A DNA stretch of 64,000 nucleotides, from assembly GCA_963806095.1 (NCBI GenBank), contig CAWDWV010000005.1, positions 64,283 to 128,282 on the forward strand. Reading direction: 5' to 3'. The position numbers and the translations under genes were made by a program. How positions within the stretch are numbered: the first letter of the stretch is position 1; each line of letters begins with the position of its first letter. This DNA comes from Thermoanaerobaculia bacterium (GTDB lineage: Bacteria; Acidobacteriota; Thermoanaerobaculia; Multivoradales; JAIOJS01). Below the pieces are notes generated by a model that did not search any database, was not told the origin of the DNA, and saw only the letters and a list, made by a program, of their open reading frames with translations. Shown one piece after another: positions 1 to 8,226 of the stretch.

Positions 1-85
1 TCGTCCTGCGCGGTGCTCTCGACAACTCATGTGCAGTGGCTCCTTTCGGCGCTCAAAGACGCAATCGCCTCACCTGTGCGTTCTG

Positions 86-1165
86 TCATGTCTGCTCACT
101 TCCGAGCGTGCTGCGCTTTTCCCAGGCGCGCACCTTCACGCCGCGCCTCGTCGAACAGCCGCTCGTAGTTGCCCTAGCCGCAGCTTCTCGCTCGCCTCCG
201 GGGTGAGGCGTCGCGAAGAGCGGCGCGTACAGGTCGTAGACCCCAGGTACTTCGCCTGCTCGGTCGGCGCCACCTCGTCGGTGCCGAACAGGAAGCGGTC
301 CGGATAGCGGTTGATCAGCGCGCGCGGCGCGGGCGATCGACTCCGGCGCCGGCGACGATGTACTTCGCCGTCTCGTCCCAGGAGATGTCGATGGAGACGT
401 GCGCCAGTCGCGGGGTCGGCGAGGAGCTTCTCGAGCAGCGCCACCTGGTCCGCGAGCGGCCGCACGATGCGGCCGACGCCGCAGTGGGCCCAGATGATCG
501 TGGTCGTTCGGATGGCGCCGGAACAGCGTCGCGCCAGCTGCCGCGCGTCGTACGGCTCCTGGTCCGGCTTCGGGAACGGCATGTCGATGTCGTTGTGGAG
601 GATCACGACCAGCCCGACCTCGCCGGCGAAGTCGAGGATGCGGTCGAGCGCCGGGTCGGTGAGGCTGGCGACGTCGCCGGCGATCTTCGAGGAGACGAAC
701 TCCTTGTGGATGGTGAACTCGCCGATGCCGGAGAAGACGCCGGGGAAGGTCTGCAGCACGCGCCGGATGTGGTCGGCGGCGTACATGTCGGCCGGGTTGA
801 AGCCGGTGATCATCGGGTCGAAGCGCGCCTGCTCCTCCTTGGCGCAGCGAGCGGTAGGCCATCGCGATGTAGGCGTCGGTGAACGAGTAGTAGTAGAGCG
901 GCGAGTCGGTCTGCAGGTAGTAGGTGGGCGCGAAGTCGCCGGTGTTGCGATGCGACCAGGTCTGCTGCAGCGGGATGCCGAACAGCGCGACGCGCCCGAC
1001 CTTGTCGCCCATGATCTCCAGGAAGTCGCGGATGTCGGTGCCTTCCTGGACGTAGTTGGTGAGGTGGAAGTGCGAGTCGTTCACCACGTAGGCGGGCGGG
1101 CCCGGCGCGGCACCTGCCGCGAGGAGCGCGGCCGCGAGGAGCAACGGAACGTCGTGCCTGCGCAT
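86..1165 (-). pseudogene. Secreted metal-dependent amidohydrolase (TIM-barrel, amidohydrolase_2-like) with multiple reading-frame breaks
   Basis: ORF 86..1165 has a convincing N-terminus (signal-like LLLAAALLAAGAA, metal motif VVNDSHFHLTNY, ...SPLYYYSFTDAYIAMAYRS) and then becomes Arg/Pro junk. The protein-like continuation (AKEEQARFDPMITGFNPADMY..VVILHNDIDMPFPKP..TTIIWAHCGVGRIVRP..LINRYPDRFLFGTDEVAP) lies in the frame of ORF 136..813. My own translation of the third frame gives RLAHVSIDISWDETAKYIV (~355-410) and NYERLFDEARR (~140-170). SPAPESIARAAR and the final GVKVRAWEK are back in the first frame. Frame changes fall near ~845, ~415, ~350, ~320 and ~170. Confidence 0.6.
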
Positions 1166-1181
1166 CAGAAGAGATCGCGCA

Positions 1182-2822
1182 TCAGAAGAAGATCGACAGC
1201 GCCGTCGCGCCGGTGAAGCCGTCCTGACCGGCCGTGTAGTAACCGAAGGCGCTGCTCACCGGAGAGCGGTTCACTTCCATGAGCTGGACGTTGATGCGGT
1301 AGTTGCGGTTCTCGTCGAAGTAGTAGTTGCCGCCGAGGATGTACTCGGAGCTGTCGCGGAAGCCGGCGTCCTCGTCGCCGTAGACCTGCGAGGTGGCGGC
1401 GTAGACCTCGAGCTTCTTGGGGATCGGATAGAAGGAGGACTGCACGTAGAAGCCGGTGTCCTCCACCTCGCGCACCGGCAGCGGGCCGTCGGCGACAAAG
1501 GCGTCCAGGCGGCGGATGAAGTACTCCGCTTGCAGGAAGAACCCGCGGTACTTCATCCCCGCGTCGAGCGCGACGATCGCGAAGTCGGCGGTGTCGATGG
1601 TCACCCCGGGAGCCAGCGCGCCGGTCTCGAACAGGTTGACGCTGTCCGCCAGGCGCAGCGTCGTGTTCTCCGGGTTGGCTTCCGTCGAGGCGCGGAAGGC
1701 CTGCTCCGGGCTGAAGGTCGCCGACATGCCGAAGCGGGTCGCCACCTCCTCGTGGAGCTCGAAGTCGCCGTAGGCGCCGCGCGGGCCGAACTCCTTCGTC
1801 GTCGGCATCCACCACACCGAGCCGCCGCGGGTGAACTTGCGGTCGAGCTCGACGGCCGTGCTGCCGAGGGCGCTGTTGCTGTTGGTGACCGCCGCCTCGT
1901 ACCAGAAGCCCGGCACCGGCTCGCCGATGGCGTACACGCCGGTGCCGAAGTAGGGGCGGAAGAACTCGTCCGCCATGACGCGGTCGTTGCCCAGCCAGTA
2001 GGGGTGCGAGCCCAGCATCGAGCGCGACCCCGGGTTGCCGAGCACGCCGCCGTAGAGGCTGAACTTCTTGCTGAACTGGTAGCCGAGGTTGGCGAAGATC
2101 GCCTTCTGGTCGGTGGCGTTGACCGTCCAGATCGTCGTGGTGTAGGTGAGCTTCGGGTTGCCCACCCAACCCTTCAGCCAGACCAGGATGCGCTGCGAGA
2201 AGATGTCGTTGCGCGGATCGACGGCGCGCTCCCTGCCGAGATGGTCCTCGAAGACCTGGTCCTCGTCGTTCTGGTTGAGGTAGCGCAGCAGCGCGTACAT
2301 GCTGATCGCGAGCTCGCCGTGCTTGCCGCGCGCGAGCAGGAAGCCGGTGCCCGGGTCGTAGCTGCCCCAGGTCTCGATGCGCGGGGTCGGCACTTCGGAT
2401 TCGTCGGGCGCCGCCTCCGCCGTGTAGGTCGCGGCCTCGCCGGCCTCCGCTTCGGGGCCGGGCACCGCGGCTTCTTCGATGACCGGCGCCGGGCTGCCGA
2501 CGCCGAACTCCGCGGCGCACCCCTCCGTCACCCAGACGCCCCGAGAGTCGTAGCCCCAGCTGCGGCCGAGCAGGCAGGCGCCCGTTCCCGTCGACCGCAG
2601 CAGGACGACTCCGCTGTCCGTGTAGGCCGGGCAGTGCTGGCGCTCAGCGGAGACCGAAGCGCACGAGACCGTTACGATCGAAGGGCCGGCCGTGCCTGCA
2701 GGCAGGGGCTGCGCGAAGGCCGGCTCCGCGCCGAGCGTCCCCGCCAACGCGAGCGCCATCGCGATCCGTTGCGAGGTGCACCTCTCTCTGCGGCGAGCGC
2801 TCACTCCACGCGATGCGCGCAT
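1182..2822 (-). CDS. Outer-membrane beta-barrel protein with N-terminal DUF3011-like Cys-rich domain
   Basis: 546-aa ORF. The signal-like N-terminus has an Arg-rich n-region followed by IAMALALAGTLGAEPAFA. The DUF3011-type pattern is VSCASVSAERQHC...GACLLGRSWGYDSRGVWVTEGCAAEF. An acidic linker is followed by ~400 aa of alternating-hydrophobic, Gly/Tyr/Asn-rich sequence ending ...GATALSIFF (aromatic C-terminus typical of OM barrels). An alternative start is ATG 2759. Confidence 0.75.
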   Translation of the reverse strand: MRASRGVSARRRERCTSQRIAMALALAGTLGAEPAFAQPLPAGTAGPSIVTVSCASVSAERQHCPAYTDSGVVLLRSTGTGACLLGRSWGYDSRGVWVTEGCAAEFGVGSPAPVIEEAAVPGPEAEAGEAATYTAEAAPDESEVPTPRIETWGSYDPGTGFLLARGKHGELAISMYALLRYLNQNDEDQVFEDHLGRERAVDPRNDIFSQRILVWLKGWVGNPKLTYTTTIWTVNATDQKAIFANLGYQFSKKFSLYGGVLGNPGSRSMLGSHPYWLGNDRVMADEFFRPYFGTGVYAIGEPVPGFWYEAAVTNSNSALGSTAVELDRKFTRGGSVWWMPTTKEFGPRGAYGDFELHEEVATRFGMSATFSPEQAFRASTEANPENTTLRLADSVNLFETGALAPGVTIDTADFAIVALDAGMKYRGFFLQAEYFIRRLDAFVADGPLPVREVEDTGFYVQSSFYPIPKKLEVYAATSQVYGDEDAGFRDSSEYILGGNYYFDENRNYRINVQLMEVNRSPVSSAFGYYTAGQDGFTGATALSIFF

Positions 2823-2858
2823 GGGCGGCAGTATTCGGGGCCGGCGGCGACGGCGTAA

Positions 2859-2949
2859 TTGGACCTTGGTCCCAACGAGCCACGCCCACGGCCGGCTCGC
2901 GCCGGAGCGGCCAGTCAGCCCGTAAGCAGAAGGTCCAATTCCCGCCGCC
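2859..2949. promoter_or_regulatory. Recurrent palindromic motif, copy A: TTGGACCTTGGTCCCAA (2859..2875) plus GAAGGTCCAATTCCCGCCGCC (2929..2949)
   Basis: Lies in the divergent intergenic region between the OM-barrel gene (-) and the BON gene (+). ATTGGACCTT and AAGGTCCAAT are exact reverse complements. The right-hand 21-mer is near-identical to 8205..8225. Confidence 0.4.
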
Positions 2950-2992
2950 CCGAGCCCGGCCTAGCGTCGCTCTTTAACGAAGGAGGTCTGTC

Positions 2993-3562
2993 ATGAGACC
3001 GAGCCGACTGTTCGCCCTCGCCCTTGCGCTGGTCATCGTCGCGTACGCAGGCGCCATGGCTGCCCCGGCCGCCGGCCTGGCTGCCGACACCGAGCGCGAC
3101 CCGGTGCTCGCCAAGGAGCTGGAGGTTCAAGATCTGCTGCTCGAGAAGGCCGGGAAGGCGGCCCTCGGCGTCAAGGTGAGGGTCGACGGGAGCACGGCGA
3201 TCCTCACCGGTGAGGTGCCGAACCGGGCCGCCCAAGAGCTCATCGAGGAGGTCGCCCTCAGCGTCCCCGGGATCAAGAAGGTCGACAACCGCGTGAAGCT
3301 GTCCGCCGCCGGCGAGGCCGCGCTCGAAGGCACCAAGGCGGAGCGCGAGTTCGACGACGCCCGGCTCGAGACCAAGGTCAAGCGCGCGCTCGAAGACGAG
3401 ATCGGCAAGCGCGCCCGGGACGTCGAGGTCGAGGCGGTCGACGGCGTGGTCAGCCTGCGCGGCAAGCTGTCCGACGCGGCCCGCAAGCAGATCGCCCTCG
3501 ACGCCGTGGGACACGTCAAGGGCGTCAAGAAGGTCGTCGACCTGATCACCGTCGGTCCCTGA
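2993..3562 (+). CDS. Periplasmic BON-domain protein (OsmY-like, two BON domains)
   Basis: RBS GAAGGAGG lies 7 nt upstream of the ATG. Signal peptide LFALALALVIVAYAGAMA. There are two BON-like repeats (VRVDGSTAILTGEVPNRAAQELIEEVALSVPGIKKVDNRV and VEAVDGVVSLRGKLSDAARKQIALDAVGHVKGVKKVVDLI). Confidence 0.85.
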   Translation: MRPSRLFALALALVIVAYAGAMAAPAAGLAADTERDPVLAKELEVQDLLLEKAGKAALGVKVRVDGSTAILTGEVPNRAAQELIEEVALSVPGIKKVDNRVKLSAAGEAALEGTKAEREFDDARLETKVKRALEDEIGKRARDVEVEAVDGVVSLRGKLSDAARKQIALDAVGHVKGVKKVVDLITVGP

Positions 3563-3563
3563 C

Positions 3564-3580
3564 CGGCGGGCCGCCCGCCG
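3564..3580 (+). terminator. GC hairpin immediately after the BON gene stop (possible terminator, no U-tract)
   Basis: CGGCGGG-ccg-CCCGCCG is a 7-bp perfect stem with a 3-nt loop, starting 2 nt after TGA 3560..3562. No T-run follows, so its function is uncertain. Confidence 0.3.
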
Positions 3581-3693
3581 AGCAGCCCATCACCGCCCAG
3601 GCGCGGCTCGAGCGCCTGGAGCGGCCGTGTGATGCGCCGCGGAGCCGCTTGCTGCCGACGACGGCGTGGGGCGCGGCGTTGCCGCGTTCGCTG

Positions 3694-3996
3694 TCAATCG
3701 GCGGTAAACCGGCGGCGGCAGATCCAGGAACAGGACTGCCCGGGGAAATGGCAGGTGGCGCATCGGGGCAGGCGTCTGTTTCGCGGCCGGCCGCCGCGCC
3801 CGTCCTGGTAGTCGGCGACCACCGCGTCGAAGCGCCTGCGCATCGCCGACTGCTGCAACGTCTCTCCCGCGGCGGTCAGCTTGTCGCGGCAGGCGACGCA
3901 GACCGCGGCATGGGTCAGGAGTGCCTCGAGCTCGTTGACCGGCAGAGATCCCGCCAGATAATCCGCAACGCGCGCCGCGACGTCTTGGCAGTCCAC
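3694..3996 (-). CDS. Small zf-HC2 (anti-sigma-factor-like) protein, tentative
   Basis: The internal GTG at 3996 gives VDCQDVAARVADYLAGSLPVNELEALLTHAAVCVACRDKL..., the H-x3-C-x2-C putative zinc-finger pattern of anti-sigma factors. The C-terminal third is low-quality sequence and there is no adjacent ECF sigma gene. Confidence 0.3.
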   Translation of the reverse strand: MDCQDVAARVADYLAGSLPVNELEALLTHAAVCVACRDKLTAAGETLQQSAMRRRFDAVVADYQDGRGGRPRNRRLPRCATCHFPGQSCSWICRRRFTAD

Positions 3997-4048
3997 GATG
4001 GATCCCCGCAAGCCTCCAGGGCGCCGCGGCCGGCCGAGGGATCTGGAG

Positions 4049-4909
4049 CTACCTCGGGAAGAGCAGCGTGACCTTGAACCGCAGCCCCCACTCCGGCCCG
4101 TTGGGTGGCGCGTCGACATAGTAGCGGCCGCCGAGCTCGAACTGGACCGGCATCTTGCCCACCTTGACCAGCTGCGCCACCGTCAGGTTGACCGGTGCCG
4201 TCCACTGGCTGGTCTCCCAGTCGTGGGTCGCCTCGAGTTTCGACAAGTAGGTCGTCTGCCTCGGAGTGGTATAGCCCAGGAAGGGCTGCAGGAAGGTGGC
4301 GTTCACGTCGGCCCGAGCGTCGTCGCCGGCGAAGGACCAGATGTGGTTCGCGAGGGCGCCGTAGGTCCAGCCTTTCTCCTGCCTGAGCACGACGGCGGTC
4401 GGCCCGGCGCCCCACTTCTCGGCCCCCAGCAGGTCGTCCGTCGCCACCGGCAGCAGGAACACCGGGCCGGCGCCCCAGATCCAGCCGGCCGCGGTGGGTG
4501 CCTGCGGTGAAAAGAAGAGGCTCTGCACGACGTCGCCCAGGCCCGTCTGGTCGTCGTCCGGGAGCACGATCACCTCGTCCTGGTAGAGCACCGGCAGGAT
4601 CGTCCTCGAGATCACGTTCCAGGTCTCGTTGAGCGTGATCGGGACCACCGGCTGGATGTTGAGCTTGTACTGGAAGCCGTCGTCGCCGGCACCGGCGCCC
4701 CAGTCGGCGTTGCTCTCGAACGGCAGGCTGATCAACGCCGCGATGGGGTTCTGCAGCTGCTTGGCCAGCTCGGCGGCCTTGGCCTGCTCGTCCGTGGCGG
4801 CGGCGCCTTCCTGGGCGATGGCCGGGCTCGAGCCCGACGCGAGCGCGGCCCCCAGGCCGAGGGCGATGGTGCGCCACAAGCGCGCCCGCAACGACACTAG
4901 AAGGTCCAC
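4049..4909 (-). CDS. Outer-membrane beta-barrel protein (MetA-pathway/transporter-like OM family)
   Basis: Signal peptide (RTIALGLGAALASGSSPAIAQE), the conserved LQNPIAALISLPFESNADWG-type N-terminal motif, and alternating beta-strand sequence ending GLRFKVTLLFPR. The 5' end overlaps the stop of the upstream porin gene by 13 nt. Confidence 0.75.
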   Translation of the reverse strand: MDLLVSLRARLWRTIALGLGAALASGSSPAIAQEGAAATDEQAKAAELAKQLQNPIAALISLPFESNADWGAGAGDDGFQYKLNIQPVVPITLNETWNVISRTILPVLYQDEVIVLPDDDQTGLGDVVQSLFFSPQAPTAAGWIWGAGPVFLLPVATDDLLGAEKWGAGPTAVVLRQEKGWTYGALANHIWSFAGDDARADVNATFLQPFLGYTTPRQTTYLSKLEATHDWETSQWTAPVNLTVAQLVKVGKMPVQFELGGRYYVDAPPNGPEWGLRFKVTLLFPR

Positions 4910-6168
4910 GCGAACTGCGTATGGAAACCGAATCCATCGTTGGGTAGGTTGGTTGGCTCCTTGTATTCGGTCTTACGATAGGTGGCCTCGACCGCGACGC
5001 GCAAATGCTTTCTCACATCCCAGAGCAGATTGCTGTAGACCGTGCTGTTGTAGGTCCGCCCGAAGAGGGTATTGGGGATGGCCGTCATGTCGTCGTCTTC
5101 GGGATCGTCGATCCCGATACCGGCGTGACTGTGCAAGGATGGCGTCCAGTAGACGAATCCCTCGACAAAGCCGCCGGTGGCGCCGATCGGCTCCCAGGTC
5201 ACCGCATCGAGCGATTGGAGGATGGCGCCGTTGTAGTTGCCGAGCGCCTGCCCGGTGTACACCTCACCCTTGAATCCGAAGCGGCCTGCCAGGTTCACTC
5301 GAAAGTCGACGGCCGCCCCCCACACGTCAGAAACAACCCGTCTCGGCGGTTCGAAGGGAGCGGCGGTCCTGCGCAGCTGGCCTACCAGGCCTGAGACACC
5401 GATCTCCACGGGACGCTGCGTCAACAGGCCGATGGGCGCCGCCTTTCCCAAACCAAGACTGATGCGTCCTTCCAAGTTCGGCTTGCCGTTGTCCTCGTCC
5501 AGGATGATGTCCGGAGTGACGAAGGTATTGAGCGGCTGGCTCAATGCCCCCTGCAGGGTCAACTGGGAGTCGCTGCCGACGTCCACGAAACGCTCGACCC
5601 GGAGCTGGCCGCGTATGCAGTTGCCGGGGCTGCCCGAGCCACCCAGGTAGGAAAAGGGCAGAACTGTCGGCAAGCCCGGGGCGAAGATGTCGAATTGCAG
5701 ACCCGCGGCGAACCTCCAACGTTCGTTGAAGAGCTCGCCGTACGATTGCTGCAGCAGAAACCCATAGGTGTCGGCCACGACGCTGGGGTCGAAGAACACC
5801 GCCGAGATCCTCCCCCCGGACTGGAAGCTCCCGATATCGGGACCGCTGAAGAGCACGCCCAGCATCGACTGCCGGGCGTTGATATCCAAGGTCTCCTGCG
5901 AAAATCCACCCTCGAACTCCGGCACCAGGAAAAACGGAACACCTGGCGCCTGGGGACGCGACTCGTTGTAAATGACGTCCAGCTTGACCGTCCCGAAAAG
6001 GGTGATCTTGAAGTCTCCCTTGGCCCAACTCTGAGGGGCCGCAGCAGCCTCGACGGTTTCTGTCGCAGCCGGCGAGGTTGTAGGAGCGGGCGACTGGCCG
6101 CGCGTCGGCGCCGCCGAGATCGCGAGGACGCAGACCGACCAGATGGACACCCCGAGGAGCGCACGCAT
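4897..6168 (-). CDS. Outer-membrane porin-like beta-barrel
   Basis: Signal peptide MRALLGVSIWSVCVLAISAAPTRGQ, Gly/Asp/aromatic-rich strand-loop pattern, and C-terminal ...GFGFHTQFAWTF (terminal Phe). Confidence 0.75.
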   Translation of the reverse strand: MRALLGVSIWSVCVLAISAAPTRGQSPAPTTSPAATETVEAAAAPQSWAKGDFKITLFGTVKLDVIYNESRPQAPGVPFFLVPEFEGGFSQETLDINARQSMLGVLFSGPDIGSFQSGGRISAVFFDPSVVADTYGFLLQQSYGELFNERWRFAAGLQFDIFAPGLPTVLPFSYLGGSGSPGNCIRGQLRVERFVDVGSDSQLTLQGALSQPLNTFVTPDIILDEDNGKPNLEGRISLGLGKAAPIGLLTQRPVEIGVSGLVGQLRRTAAPFEPPRRVVSDVWGAAVDFRVNLAGRFGFKGEVYTGQALGNYNGAILQSLDAVTWEPIGATGGFVEGFVYWTPSLHSHAGIGIDDPEDDDMTAIPNTLFGRTYNSTVYSNLLWDVRKHLRVAVEATYRKTEYKEPTNLPNDGFGFHTQFAWTF

Positions 6169-6172
6169 GTGC

Positions 6173-7639
6173 TCAATCCACGAAGGGCATGGCTGTAAAG
6201 CGGGCGCTCCTTTTCGCTGTCCAGCCGCTCCTTCCGTGGCTGGGCCCAGTAATCCCAGCGCGCGCTCGGCGTGAACACGCCGGTAACCGCCGCGTCGATG
6301 AGGGCCGGCGGGTTACCGAAGATCCAGGCCATGCCGAAGCCGCCTCCAAGCTTCACGTACTTGAAGCTGTCCGTGGCGACGGTGATGCCCTGCGGGTAGT
6401 GCCGGACCGGGTTCATCGCCATGCAGGTCTGGTGGTAGATCTTGCCACCGGCCTCCTCGATGATCTTGGCGTCTCCGTATTGGTGAGCCATGTGGTAGGA
6501 GGGTGTGTCCGTCTGCACCCACAGCATCACCCCCTCCTTCACCTTCCTGCCCTTCAGCAGGCGGGCGACCTCGCGGACCTCTTCGAAGGTCGCGTGCGGA
6601 CAACCGAAGATGACGATGTCCACCGGTTTCGCCCTTTCCGGGCCGGGCGCCGGCGCGATGTTGTTGATGTGGCGGTACATCTCGACGATGTCGTCCATGG
6701 TGACCGTGAACCGCTCGGGGTTCTTCGGCATGTTGCCCTTGAAGGCGGCCTCCAGCGTCGGGGACTCCGGCGTATAGCCCATCAGGTGCAGAATCGGGTC
6801 GTTCATGCCGGGGGAGCAGCAGGAGATGAGCTGCTTGGTCGCCGTCGGGCCCATCTTCTTGGGCAGGTTGAGCACGGCCATGATCCGGTTCTCCGCCTTT
6901 TCGGCGATGCAGGCGCCCAGGGCCGCCCAGTCCGCGGCGCCCACCATGTTGTCCCGGGTCTCGTCATCCAGCTCGACGATGCATTTGGCCGCCCGATTCT
7001 CGTCGAGGTGGCTGCCGTACTTGGGCAGGCAGCCGGTGTAGGCGGCGTAGACCGAGTTGATGGGGGATTCCCGATTGGTGCGGGCGCCCAGGATGGTGTT
7101 GATGTAGGCCGCGGCGCTGGATTCGGAGCAGGCGCAGTACTCTCCCATCTTGGGGATGCGCGTGTTGCCCATGAGGTTGGCACGAGAGCCAGGGGAGCCA
7201 GCCATGCTCCAGCAGCTTGTCGTAGCCCGCCTTGAGGCCTGTGACCATTTCGTCGTCGACCTTGAAGCTGCCCTTGCCCGGAAGCTCGAAGTTCCAGGGG
7301 TAGCCCTTCTCTTCGACCTTGTCGAACTGCACCAGGTACGGATCGTTTCCGCACTCGGTGCCCGTTTCGTCCGCGACATGGGCGTCCTTCATCGCGAAGA
7401 TCGGATCGTAGAGCGGGCTGTGTCCCAGGTCGTATTGCTCGAGTTTCTTCTTCGTCTCGGGATTCTGGCGATCCTTCGAGTAGATGGGACAGCAGTTGAG
7501 GACAAAGACGAGCGTCCACCATCTCCTTGGCCTCGACCGCTTCGCCGAAGTCCACCAGCTTCTCCATGCAGAACTTCTTGGCTTCGCCAAGCTTGCCGTC
7601 GAGCATCTCTTGCTGGTGTTGCGTGAGTTTCATTGCCAT
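6173..7639 (-). pseudogene. acnX: Aconitase X large (catalytic) subunit, DUF521 family, interrupted by frameshifts
   Basis: RBS AAGGAG before ATG 7639. The protein-like sequence runs through three frames. The first is MAMKLTQHQQEMLDGKLGEAKKFCMEKLVDFGEAVEAKEMVD (ORF 6803..7639). The second is LVFVLNCCPIYSKDRQNPE...GLKAGYDKLLEHG (ORF 6964..7590). The third is GSPGSRANLMGNTRIPKMGEYCACSESSAAAYINTILGARTNRE...DIVIFGCPHATFEEV...FGMAWIFGNPPALIDAAVTG (ORF 5559..7379). Switches occur at ~7513 and ~7200. The last frame has no stop until 5559; the TGA at 6173..6175 is in another frame, so the 3' end is uncertain. Confidence 0.65.
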
Positions 7640-7685
7640 GGTGATCTCCTTCGATGGCTTGCGTTTCCAATGTCGTTGGAACGGA

Positions 7686-8123
7686 CTACCCCTTGCGCGT
7701 GATCGTGACCGTGGCCTTCTGGCCTACCTTCGGCGCGTCGATTTCCACCCAGTCGCCGGTCTTGATGGTCGTGATCGGGTCCTGGTCCAGGCCGTCGATG
7801 GCGGGGATTCCACCGGCAATGGCTCCGCTGATGTCGATGTCGTGGACTTTCTGGCAGATGATGGCTGCAGGGCCGTGATGTGACTGCGTGCACTTGTAGT
7901 ACAGGCTGATGGCGCCGGTGGTGGAGCCCATCACCGTGGGATAGACCACGACCTTGCCGATCACGCTCTTGCCCTGGATGTCGGCGTCGGGCACGATGAC
8001 GATGCCGTCCTCGTTGCCGACGTAGTTGAACGCCCACCCCATCCGTTGGCGGTTCACCAGCGCTTCGCCGGCGGCCTTTCCTTTCGACCGGGCGATGCCG
8101 GTCAACACGATCTTTTGTTCCAT
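7686..8123 (-). CDS. acnX: Aconitase X small (swivel) subunit, DUF126 family
   Basis: 145 aa. RBS GAAGGAGGAG upstream. GKAAGEALV...GKVVVYPTVMGSTTGAISLYY...GPAAIICQKVHDIDISGAI matches the AcnX swivel-domain pattern. It lies directly upstream of the large-subunit gene. Confidence 0.8.
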   Translation of the reverse strand: MEQKIVLTGIARSKGKAAGEALVNRQRMGWAFNYVGNEDGIVIVPDADIQGKSVIGKVVVYPTVMGSTTGAISLYYKCTQSHHGPAAIICQKVHDIDISGAIAGGIPAIDGLDQDPITTIKTGDWVEIDAPKVGQKATVTITRKG

Positions 8124-8173
8124 GACATGCTCCTCCTTCGATCGACCCTACGTGCGGTCGGGATGGGGGGCTA

Positions 8174-8226
8174 TTGGACCTTTGGCCAAGCCATCGGATG
8201 GGACGAAGGTCCAATTCCTCGCCGCC
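8174..8226. promoter_or_regulatory. Recurrent palindromic motif, copy B: TTGGACCTTTGGCCAA (8174..8189) plus GAAGGTCCAATTCCTCGCCGCC (8205..8226)
   Basis: Lies in the divergent region between acnX (-) and the EAL gene (+). It shows the same left palindrome and right 21-mer as copy A, with a 22-nt instead of a 62-nt spacer between the ATTGGACCTT / AAGGTCCAAT arms. Confidence 0.4.

Noticed and set aside
5559-6172. The C-terminal 200-codon extension of the AcnX large-subunit frame across the porin gene.
   Set aside because: The sequence becomes Ser/Arg/Pro-rich nonsense and overlaps the porin ORF, which has a signal peptide and barrel features. I interpret it as read-through caused by a lost or shifted stop.
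8174-8226. Reading the TTGGACC/GTCCAAT motif as a sigma-54 (-24/-12) promoter or as an ECF promoter.
   Set aside because: The GG-to-GC spacing in TTGGACCTTTGGCC is 9 nt rather than the ~12-nt offset of TGGCAC-N5-TTGC. No GGAAC-like -35 lies 16-17 nt upstream of any GTCCAAT copy. I kept it only as an unassigned motif.
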